Sequence record: SRR31156797_1896
DNA length: 20,000 bases
Strand: one strand, 5' to 3'
In this document: in pieces, positions 1 through 7,346 of the stretch
Layout: each line of letters opens with the position of its first letter
Numbering within the stretch: position 1 is the first letter of the stretch
The notes under the pieces: generated by a model
What the model saw: the letters and a program-made list of their open reading frames with translations, nothing else
The model's database searches: none
Told to the model about the DNA's origin: nothing
Program-made: the position numbers and the translations under genes

Positions 1-805
1 TCAACCTCCTCGTGAAATTGAAATTATACCTGAAGATATTCCACTAGATATTATTCATGAAGATGATAGTCTTATTGTAGTGAATAAACCTGCCGGTCTT
101 GTTGTTCACCCCGGTTATGGAAACTATACAGGAACTTTAGTTAATGCATTGGCATGGCATTTTAAAGATTTGCCATTGTTTAAAGATAAAAAAGATCCGC
201 GTCCGGGTTTAGTGCACCGCATTGATAAAAATACATCAGGCCTTTTGGTCATTGCCAAAACAGAAATTGCTAAGGTAAAATTGGCTGAGCAGTTTGCTGA
301 CCATACTTCCCAAAGAACTTATCAGGCTTTAATTTGGGGAAGTCCGAAAGAAGATGAGGGTAGAATAGAAGGGCATATTGGTCGATCGCTAAAAAATAGA
401 AAAGTAATGACCGTTTTTCCTGAAGGTGAATATGGTAAACATGCTATTACTCATTATAAAGTACTCCACCGTTACGATTATGTAAGTTTAATAGAATGCA
501 AGCTTGAGACCGGAAGAACTCATCAAATACGGACGCATATGAAGTTCATTGGTCATCCAATATTTAATGACAATGAATATGGTGGTGATGCAATTTTAAA
601 AGGTACAACATTTACTAAATATAAGCAGTTTGTACGTAACTGTTTTGAAGTCTGTCCGCGACAGGCTCTTCATGCAAAAACATTAGGTTTTGTGCATCCA
701 GAGAGTAAAAAAATGATGCATTTTGATTCAGATTTACCATCAGACATGAAAGAATTGCTATCCAGGTGGGATAATTATTTACAAAATCGAATCGAAAAGT
801 CTTAA
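1..805 (+). CDS. rluD: RluA/RluD-family 23S rRNA pseudouridine synthase, 5'-truncated by the window
   Basis: The frame is open from base 2 (QPPREIEIIPEDIPLDIIHEDDSLIVVNKPAGLVVHPG), so the ORF-track start at 80 is internal. It carries the catalytic motif HRIDKNTSG, plus LETGRTHQIR and RQALHAKTLGF. Confidence 0.95.
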   Translation, partial: QPPREIEIIPEDIPLDIIHEDDSLIVVNKPAGLVVHPGYGNYTGTLVNALAWHFKDLPLFKDKKDPRPGLVHRIDKNTSGLLVIAKTEIAKVKLAEQFADHTSQRTYQALIWGSPKEDEGRIEGHIGRSLKNRKVMTVFPEGEYGKHAITHYKVLHRYDYVSLIECKLETGRTHQIRTHMKFIGHPIFNDNEYGGDAILKGTTFTKYKQFVRNCFEVCPRQALHAKTLGFVHPESKKMMHFDSDLPSDMKELLSRWDNYLQNRIEKS

Positions 806-834
806 TAGATTTTTTAAAATAGCTTTTTTCAAAC

Positions 835-842
835 TACTTTTG
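835..842 (+). promoter_or_regulatory. Putative Bacteroidota sigma-70 -7 box upstream of ddl
   Basis: TACTTTTG matches the TAnnTTTG consensus, 26 bp before the ddl ATG. No clear -33 TTTG. Confidence 0.45.
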
Positions 843-868
843 ATCAACTAATTCTCAAAATCTGGTTT

Positions 869-1858
869 ATGAAGAAAAAGATTGCTTTGGTATCAGGTGG
901 TTATTCCAAAGAAGATGTTGTATCATTTAATAGTGCAAAAGAAATTGCTGTTAGTATTGATCCTGAGAGATTTGAAGTTTACCAAGTTTTAATTAATAAA
1001 GAGAAGTGGGTCTATATAGCAAAGACTGGCAAAGAATATCCTATTGATAAAAATGATTTTTCTGCAAATATTGATGGTAAATATCTGAGATTTGATGCAG
1101 TATTTATCACTATTCATGGTACTCCCGGTGAAGATGGAAAATTACAAGGGTATTTTGATATGATCAACCTACCATATACAACAAGTAATGCTTTTACTTC
1201 ATCCTTAACATTCAATAAAGTAGCAACAAAAAGGTATTTAGAAGCATTAGGAATTAGAACGGCTCCATACATATTTCTAAGAAAAGGAGAGGAATACAAT
1301 GTAATTGAAATTGTTACACAGCTAAAGTTGCCACTTTTTGTAAAACCTAACGCTGGAGGAAGTAGCTTCGGTGTAACTAAGGTTAAGGATGTTGAAGAAT
1401 TGAAACCTGCTATAGAAAAAGCATTTGTTGAAGATTCTGAAATTTTAATTGAATCTTTTATTGAGGGTACTGAAGTGACATGTGGTTTGATAAAAACGGA
1501 ATCTCAAGAATTGATTTTCCCTGCTACAGAGATCGTAAGCAAGAATGATTTCTTTGATTATAACGCAAAATATCACGGAGAAGCTGATGAAATAACTCCA
1601 GCTAGAATTTCAGATACTGAAATGCATGCAGTAAAGAAATTGTCCTCAGAAATATATGATGCGTTTAATTGCTTTGGCATTGTGAGAATAGATTTCTTAA
1701 TGCAAAAGGATTTGTTATATGTAATTGAGATAAATACTGTGCCTGGAATGAGTGCTGCAAGTATAGTTCCTCAGCAAGCAGAGGCTTATGGTATGTCAAC
1801 CCGTGATTTATTTACAATTGTACTTGATGCAACGATTGATTGCTCAATTAATAGATGA
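869..1858 (+). CDS. ddl: D-alanine--D-alanine ligase
   Basis: Motifs GGYSKEDVVS, IHGTPGEDGKLQG, FVKPNAGGSSFGV and EINTVPG. The omega loop FFDYNAKY has Tyr, indicating the D-Ala-D-Ala type. Confidence 0.96.
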   Translation: MKKKIALVSGGYSKEDVVSFNSAKEIAVSIDPERFEVYQVLINKEKWVYIAKTGKEYPIDKNDFSANIDGKYLRFDAVFITIHGTPGEDGKLQGYFDMINLPYTTSNAFTSSLTFNKVATKRYLEALGIRTAPYIFLRKGEEYNVIEIVTQLKLPLFVKPNAGGSSFGVTKVKDVEELKPAIEKAFVEDSEILIESFIEGTEVTCGLIKTESQELIFPATEIVSKNDFFDYNAKYHGEADEITPARISDTEMHAVKKLSSEIYDAFNCFGIVRIDFLMQKDLLYVIEINTVPGMSAASIVPQQAEAYGMSTRDLFTIVLDATIDCSINR

Positions 1859-2586
1859 AAATATTAGGTGTAGATGGTTGCCCATATGGCTGGATTGGTA
1901 TTAGGGTTGATAAATCTAATAACTGGCATTACTTCCTTGAAAAATCGTTGCAAAACCTTATTTTAATTTCAGAAGCGGATATTTGTTTTATTGATATCCC
2001 TATCTCATTAAGTATTGATCAAGCTGTAAGAGTTTGTGATGTTCAATTGAGAAGTCTTTTACCCAAAAAATATAAATCTTCTGTTTTTAATGCACCGATA
2101 AAAGGAGTATTAAAAGCCAAATCTTATAAAGAAGCTTGTGGTATTAGCCAAAAGATTACAGGTAAAAAGATATCAATCCAATCATGGAACTTGGTTTCTA
2201 AAATAAATGAGGTTGATACCCTAATCAATAAAGATGATGGATTAGCAAGTTTATTTAAAGAATCTCATCCTGAGTCATTTTTCTTTCGATTGAATAATAG
2301 TTGCCCACTTAGTTTTAATAAAAGGACAAAGGCTGGCAGAGAGGAAAGACTGGAGTTGTTAAACAGGCTTTATGAAGGTTCATTTGAAATATATGAAAGA
2401 GTCATTGAAGAAACATATAGAAGAGACGTAAAATACGATGATGTATTGGATGCTATGGTTTTATCTCTATTTGGTGCAATTGTGTATCCTGATGATATTC
2501 AAATGCTACCTGACAATCCTATTGTTGATAAAAATGGGAGTCTTCAGAATGTCTTTATTCCTAAAAGAAAAAGCTACCTCAATTGA
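1855..2586 (+). CDS. DUF429-family protein (predicted RNase H-fold nuclease)
   Basis: N-terminal ILGVDGCPYGW, then FIDIP, ESHPE and DDVLDA acidic motifs typical of DUF429. ATGA overlap with the ddl stop at 1855-1858. Confidence 0.8.
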   Translation: MKILGVDGCPYGWIGIRVDKSNNWHYFLEKSLQNLILISEADICFIDIPISLSIDQAVRVCDVQLRSLLPKKYKSSVFNAPIKGVLKAKSYKEACGISQKITGKKISIQSWNLVSKINEVDTLINKDDGLASLFKESHPESFFFRLNNSCPLSFNKRTKAGREERLELLNRLYEGSFEIYERVIEETYRRDVKYDDVLDAMVLSLFGAIVYPDDIQMLPDNPIVDKNGSLQNVFIPKRKSYLN

Positions 2587-2597
2587 GATAGCTTTTT
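2568..2597. terminator. Bidirectional intrinsic terminator between convergent genes
   Basis: AAAAAGCTA-c-CTC-aatt-GAG-a-TAGCTTTTT inverted repeat with A/T tracts on both sides. It overlaps the DUF429 stop and lies 20 bp from the opposing stop. Confidence 0.75.
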
Positions 2598-2617
2598 GTA
2601 TTTAGCGTATTCTAAAC

Positions 2618-3925
2618 TTAGAAGTTTGTGGTAATGGTGTGTTTATACAGCTTTTCAGTAAAGCTTTCACCAGTAGCTTTTGATTTATAATAAATCATAC
2701 CATTTACTAATGGAGTCGCGTTTGAACTATATTCTGAAATTTTGAGGTCTTTGTCAACTTCAAGTACTAGTTCATGATCACCTTTTCCTTCAAATGTTTT
2801 GTTAACGTTATTGAATGAAATAGGTGAAATCTTATCATATTTTAATACAACGCGGTCAATTACAAATGGGCTATCATATTTTGAGTGAATATTAAATGTA
2901 ATTTTTACATTTTTAGCTATTTCACTATCCATTTCTCCAGCATTCATAAGAATATCACCATTTAAGTGGATTTTAACTTTATCTTCATTAATGTTAAAGT
3001 AAAAATCATGTTTGAGTGTATTATACTTAATTGAATGACGAATATTTACTCGATTATCTGGATCATCAAAACAATATTGTGGATCGTATTCTATTTTCCA
3101 TCCGGTTTTTGTAGGCTCTATACTTGTAACTGTAGCACATTTGTTAGGTACAATTACACGAGGTTTTTTTGATGCAAAAACAGTTTGGTCACCAATAACC
3201 AATGAATATTCAATCAACCCTTTTCTGTTAACCTCTGGGTTTACAGTAACAGATTGCAGACGTGTTTTAAGTTGCGTCATACCTGTGATGGCTTGATCTT
3301 TACGTGGCCCTGGGAAACGCTCTTTAAGTTGATCTAATTCCTTTATGGCGCCTTCCATTGCTTCAATTGAAGTCATAGATTCAATATTATCAAGAATACC
3401 ATTTAATTGCTTGGTCAATTCACGATCAATTTTTTCAAAAGCCATTACCAGCTTTTTCAATTCTCCTTCTGAGAATGGATATTTAACATGGTAATGGAAA
3501 ATACCTGTTCCAGCTTTTTTATCTCTTAATTCTTCCCAATAAAACTCTTCAGCTTTTGTAAGTGATATACCTTTTACAAATGAAACATCTGCAGATTTAG
3601 ATTGAGTAGTTGACTCATAGTTTTCTGCATAACTGCTTAAATTATTTAGCATGTCTTCTTTCCGAGTCATTTTACTTTCGAATGTTACATTTTCAGCAAC
3701 AGCACGAATAATTTTCTCTTTAATTCTGATAAGCGCATCTTCTTTGGCTTTTTCAATATCTGAACCGGTTCCGACAATAATGATGTAATCTTTAACCAAT
3801 CCATTTATCCAACTTGGTGCTTTTCTTTGACTACTTTCTACAACCTTTTGCTGTGCATTCATTTGAATAGGAGCAAAGGCAAGGATCAATGTAGCAATAA
3901 GCAAAATATGTCCAATTTTTTTCAT
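2618..3925 (-). CDS. Exported hypothetical protein with an N-terminal LPP20-like domain, a helical middle and a beta-rich C-terminus
   Basis: 435-aa ORF with a Sec signal peptide (…QMNA|QQ). The segment APSWING…IIVGTGSDIEKAKEDALIRIKEKI resembles LPP20-type domains. Confidence 0.7.
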   Translation of the reverse strand: MKKIGHILLIATLILAFAPIQMNAQQKVVESSQRKAPSWINGLVKDYIIIVGTGSDIEKAKEDALIRIKEKIIRAVAENVTFESKMTRKEDMLNNLSSYAENYESTTQSKSADVSFVKGISLTKAEEFYWEELRDKKAGTGIFHYHVKYPFSEGELKKLVMAFEKIDRELTKQLNGILDNIESMTSIEAMEGAIKELDQLKERFPGPRKDQAITGMTQLKTRLQSVTVNPEVNRKGLIEYSLVIGDQTVFASKKPRVIVPNKCATVTSIEPTKTGWKIEYDPQYCFDDPDNRVNIRHSIKYNTLKHDFYFNINEDKVKIHLNGDILMNAGEMDSEIAKNVKITFNIHSKYDSPFVIDRVVLKYDKISPISFNNVNKTFEGKGDHELVLEVDKDLKISEYSSNATPLVNGMIYYKSKATGESFTEKLYKHTITTNF

Positions 3926-4019
3926 AGGATTTGAATTTTGTATACGACTTCAATTTACAAAAAAAAATGAGAATGTCGCATTTATAAGTTTGAACGAATT
4001 GTTAACATCTCTTTTATAT

Positions 4020-4056
4020 AAAAAAATCAGTATCCGGTTTTACGGGATACTGATTT
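4020..4056 (-). terminator. Intrinsic terminator after the LPP20-like lipoprotein gene
   Basis: Perfect 12-bp arms AAATCAGTATCC (4024-4035) and GGATACTGATTT (4045-4056), running into a T-tract on the minus strand, 23 bp past the stop. Confidence 0.85.
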
Positions 4057-4079
4057 AATTATAATGTTAATTTACATTA

Positions 4080-4661
4080 TTAGTTTTCTCTTTCAAGCTT
4101 ATCCATTTCCTCGTCGAATTTTTCTTTAAACTTCATACGGTCATATTTAAGCTGAAGTTTTTTGTCTTTAGAAATTTTTTCGTCGATTCCATTGTAAATG
4201 AAGTCTTTTTTAACCTGGATAGCAAGATAAGTCTCATAAAGTCCAGATTCACTGTTTGTTCCAGTTTTTTCACATGTAACTGCAACTTCAACAAGCTTTT
4301 GCTTTACAACGTCACGAGTCATTTGCTCAAAACTTTGCTCAAATTCACTGGCATCACCTACGTCAATTTCGTTTGTGTACTGCTCAGTTACTGACTTGAT
4401 AGTTGAGTTAATAAGACCAGCAAGACGTGTTTTTGCATTAAGCATTGCTTTGTCTTTAGATGTTGCCAGGTTACGGCTTTTTCCGTTACCTGCTGCACGG
4501 AAAAACTCTGAGTCAGAGTATCCTTTGTCCTGACATGGGATGTTAATTTCCTGGAAGCCAGAGTCTTTCTTAGCTGTTTCTTTAGGCCCACCGCAACTCA
4601 TAAACGAAACTACGGCTAGCATCATGGTTACTGATAAAATTCCTTTCAATTTCATTTTCAT
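4080..4661 (-). CDS. LPP20-family-like lipoprotein
   Basis: Lipoprotein signal ending FMS|C and an LPP20-type motif FRAAGNGKSRNLATSKDKAMLNAKTRLAGLINSTIKSVT. The true start may be the second Met (4655). Confidence 0.8.
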   Translation of the reverse strand: MKMKLKGILSVTMMLAVVSFMSCGGPKETAKKDSGFQEINIPCQDKGYSDSEFFRAAGNGKSRNLATSKDKAMLNAKTRLAGLINSTIKSVTEQYTNEIDVGDASEFEQSFEQMTRDVVKQKLVEVAVTCEKTGTNSESGLYETYLAIQVKKDFIYNGIDEKISKDKKLQLKYDRMKFKEKFDEEMDKLEREN

Positions 4662-4777
4662 AACTGAAAAATTTAATGATTACATTGGTAAATTTGTGAA
4701 TTTAATTCTTTTTAGACAAAATAATTTGGTGAATATCGGTGTTAATAATATATTAAATTTATTCAAAGCCCTGTACT

Positions 4778-5575
4778 TTAGTTGTTTATGACTGAATATC
4801 CAATTGTCTTAACAATTCTTTTATCTGGTGAAATACCAAAAATCCAGTCTAAAATGGGCTTATATGCTACTTTTTCGGTGTAAGGAATCGCATCTTTTAA
4901 TATTACTAAAATGATTCTATGGGGTTCTTGTATCAATTTAGTCTGCATTAAATATTCAATATTCTTATTTGGAAATGTATATTCAATATTTGCTTTAAGC
5001 TTAAAATCTTGTTCATAATCGTTCGGAAATAATACGTAGGATTCTTGTTGGCGTGCAATTATAAAAACTCTCAAATAGCAATCTTTAGTTGGTTTAATTT
5101 TAAAAGACAATGCTTCGTTATTGTTGTAAAATGATTTTATCCCATCTATCCAAGCATCAAATGTGCGATCTTCTTCTGTACCATACTTTAATACTTTTGC
5201 ATTAATTGTAACTTCAGCTTTTAAAGTATATGTTTTAGGATCAAATGATGCTATTGTATCTGTTATTTCAATTGATGACACTACACCCCTCACATTTGTA
5301 AAAACATTTGATGTAAATACTTCTTCATATTCACTGGCGGTTTCGCTTTTAAATAAGTTTTGATAAATATTTATCTGTTCGTGTATGCCAGCTTTCATTA
5401 ATGCATTAAGTTTTGCGTTTTTTAATGCATCATTAATTACCTGTGATGGGGATGAAAGAATACCACCAATCGCATTTCCTTTTATATCTGAAAGTTTTAT
5501 TGTTTTATTTTTTTGTGCGTATAAAAACGATATTGAGGCTATAAAGAATAATATTATCCAGTATACTTTTTTCAT
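4778..5575 (-). CDS. Exported protein with an N-terminal FlgT-N/LPP20-like domain and a C-terminal DUF4384-like domain
   Basis: Signal peptide …LYA|Q and a DALKNAKLNALMKAG helix. The C-terminal YNNNEALSFKIKPTKDCYLRVF…YVLFPN pattern resembles DUF4384. Confidence 0.7.
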   Translation of the reverse strand: MKKVYWIILFFIASISFLYAQKNKTIKLSDIKGNAIGGILSSPSQVINDALKNAKLNALMKAGIHEQINIYQNLFKSETASEYEEVFTSNVFTNVRGVVSSIEITDTIASFDPKTYTLKAEVTINAKVLKYGTEEDRTFDAWIDGIKSFYNNNEALSFKIKPTKDCYLRVFIIARQQESYVLFPNDYEQDFKLKANIEYTFPNKNIEYLMQTKLIQEPHRIILVILKDAIPYTEKVAYKPILDWIFGISPDKRIVKTIGYSVINN

Positions 5576-5625
5576 TGCAGCTAATTTGAAAATAAAGATA
5601 TGAATATTATCGCAAAAAGGCTAGT

Positions 5626-6957
5626 TTAAAAAAGACATTTAAATCCAACGACTAAAATATCGTCAACTTGCTCATTATTGCCTCTCCATAAGTCGAATTG
5701 TTCAGTAAATATTTTTTCCTGATCAATCATAGGTTTAAAGTGGTTTTCCTCAATCATACTTCTAAAACGCTTGTTGAGAAACTTTTTGTCCTTCTCGCCA
5801 CCAAATTGATCTAAGTAACCATCAGTTGTTAAATAAAATGAATCCGATTTTTTATAGTTAATCATTGTAGTGTTAAACCTAAAAATATTTTTTTTACCGT
5901 AATTACCACCACCAACAGTTAGTTTATCACCTTTTATAATATGTAAATGGCCATTTGAAACATGATAAAGATTATGGAAAGCACCAGAAAACAATAATAT
6001 ATTATGAGCTTCATTTATTAGGCAAAGACCTATATCCATTCCATCCTTTACTTCCAAAGCTGTTTTTTCATAATTCAGGATATTTGTTAGCTCAAAATGC
6101 AAGTCGCTTAATAATTCAGAAGGTTGCTTGAATTTAACATTGTTTTCATTTAAGATTTTGTTTAAAAGAGAATATGCCAAAACAGCAATAAAGGCACCTG
6201 GGACACCATGTCCGGTACAATCTACGATGGCTAAAACAGTAGTGTCCTCATATTTTGCAAACCAATACATGTCCCCACTTACTATATCTTTTGGGTTGAA
6301 GTGGATAAAACTATCTTTGAAAATTTTTTGAAACGATTTAGGTTCAGGAAAGATAGCTCTTTGTATTTTTCGTGCATAGTTTATACTGTCTATCAAATCT
6401 TTATTTCTAGAAATTAGTTTCTTATTGGTAAGTTGTAATTTTTCTTTTTCGGAAATTAGTTGATTAACTTTATTCTGGTATATGGTTCCAGTTGGACTTT
6501 CATTTATATTTACAATGTATAAAAGACATGTTTCTTGTTCATAAGGTGCAAGAACAACTTCAAATGCTAGTGAATTGTTTGATTTTAGCTGTACTTGAAA
6601 AGCGTATTCTTTTTGGTTATTAATTACTTGATTTACTTTTGTGAAAAACTCACAGTTAGTGTCTGTCGTGATAATATTAGTTAATGACTCTCCAGACTTA
6701 AAATAGTCAAAATGAGGGATTGTTTTTTCGTATTTTAGGTTTTCCAGTATTTCACCTTTTTTATTAATCCTTATAATAAAATCAGAAATGAATTTAATAA
6801 AACTATTAAACTTTTGGTCGAATACATGATGCTCAAATCTGTTGTGTTTATCTGGATGTGGGAGATCTGCCTTTAATAGTTTTATTTTCTCTTTTTTTGA
6901 GAAGAATGAATCTTCAGAATTTAATATGTCATTAATTATATTATTTTCCACGGTCAT
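5626..6957 (-). CDS. SpoIIE/RsbU-type PP2C protein phosphatase with a PAS-like N-terminal domain and coiled coil
   Basis: SINYARKIQRAI, PKDIVSGDMYW, VDCTGHGVPGAF, DGMDIG, TDGYLDQFGG and EQVDDILVVG. No signal peptide or TM helix is evident. Confidence 0.92.
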   Translation of the reverse strand: MTVENNIINDILNSEDSFFSKKEKIKLLKADLPHPDKHNRFEHHVFDQKFNSFIKFISDFIIRINKKGEILENLKYEKTIPHFDYFKSGESLTNIITTDTNCEFFTKVNQVINNQKEYAFQVQLKSNNSLAFEVVLAPYEQETCLLYIVNINESPTGTIYQNKVNQLISEKEKLQLTNKKLISRNKDLIDSINYARKIQRAIFPEPKSFQKIFKDSFIHFNPKDIVSGDMYWFAKYEDTTVLAIVDCTGHGVPGAFIAVLAYSLLNKILNENNVKFKQPSELLSDLHFELTNILNYEKTALEVKDGMDIGLCLINEAHNILLFSGAFHNLYHVSNGHLHIIKGDKLTVGGGNYGKKNIFRFNTTMINYKKSDSFYLTTDGYLDQFGGEKDKKFLNKRFRSMIEENHFKPMIDQEKIFTEQFDLWRGNNEQVDDILVVGFKCLF

Positions 6958-7040
6958 TTTGTTTCAATACATATCGAATGAGGTTTTAAATATAAAATTT
7001 CTTTTGAAGATTCTTACACAATGAATTCTATTTTGAAGGC

Positions 7041-7066
7041 AAAAAAAAAGATGCTGAAAGCATCTT
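7041..7066 (-). terminator. Intrinsic terminator directly after the PID-CTERM-like gene
   Basis: The minus strand reads AAGATGCT-TTC-AGCATCTT followed by a T-run (A9 at 7041-7049 on +), immediately after the TAG stop. Confidence 0.85.
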
Positions 7067-7333
7067 CTATTTATTATGTTTTTTGGATAGGCTATAGACA
7101 AACAGTCCTCCGGCCAGTAGGATAAAACCTCCTGATATCGGAATCGGATTACCTCCGGTTCCACCACCACCTGGATCTGGAGGCCCAGCTCTTTCAGGAC
7201 CATTGTTTTTTCCAAATTGATTTTTTTCAAAAGTCTTTTTCTGTTTTTGGTCAAATTTTGAATCTCTTTGGCCAAAAGAAGAAAGACTCATTAAAAGTAA
7301 TATGGAAATAATTAAATATGTGATTTTCCTCAT
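7067..7333 (-). CDS. Small exported protein with a PID-CTERM-like C-terminal sorting signal
   Basis: 88 aa: signal peptide (…SSFG|Q), Pro/Gly linker GPPDPGGGGTGGN, motif PIPISGG, hydrophobic helix FILLAGGLFVYSL and basic tail SKKHNK. It starts 13 bp after the upstream stop and is followed by a terminator. Confidence 0.8.
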   Translation of the reverse strand: MRKITYLIISILLLMSLSSFGQRDSKFDQKQKKTFEKNQFGKNNGPERAGPPDPGGGGTGGNPIPISGGFILLAGGLFVYSLSKKHNK

Positions 7334-7346
7334 ATCTTCCTAACTT

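Noticed and set aside
80-82. ORF-track start (GTG) for rluD
   Set aside because: The frame is open and RluD-like back to base 2, so the true start is upstream of the window.
869-1858. ddl as a Van-type D-Ala-D-Lac ligase
   Set aside because: The omega loop has Tyr (DYNAKY), the context is housekeeping (next to rluD), and there are no vanH/vanX genes.
3959-3967. A9 homopolymer upstream of the 435-aa gene as a phase-variable promoter tract
   Set aside because: Runs of this length are expected in AT-rich intergenic DNA, and nothing here shows variability.
1855-6957. Nuclease plus hypothetical genes as an anti-phage defence island or mobile element
   Set aside because: The genes are convergent and separated by a terminator, the hypotheticals are exported proteins, and no integrase, transposase, att site or obvious compositional shift was seen.
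6964-7275. 103-aa minus-strand ORF overlapping the small gene
   Set aside because: It is an alternative frame that runs through the terminator and has no recognisable features. The 88-aa frame has a coherent signal peptide and sorting signal.
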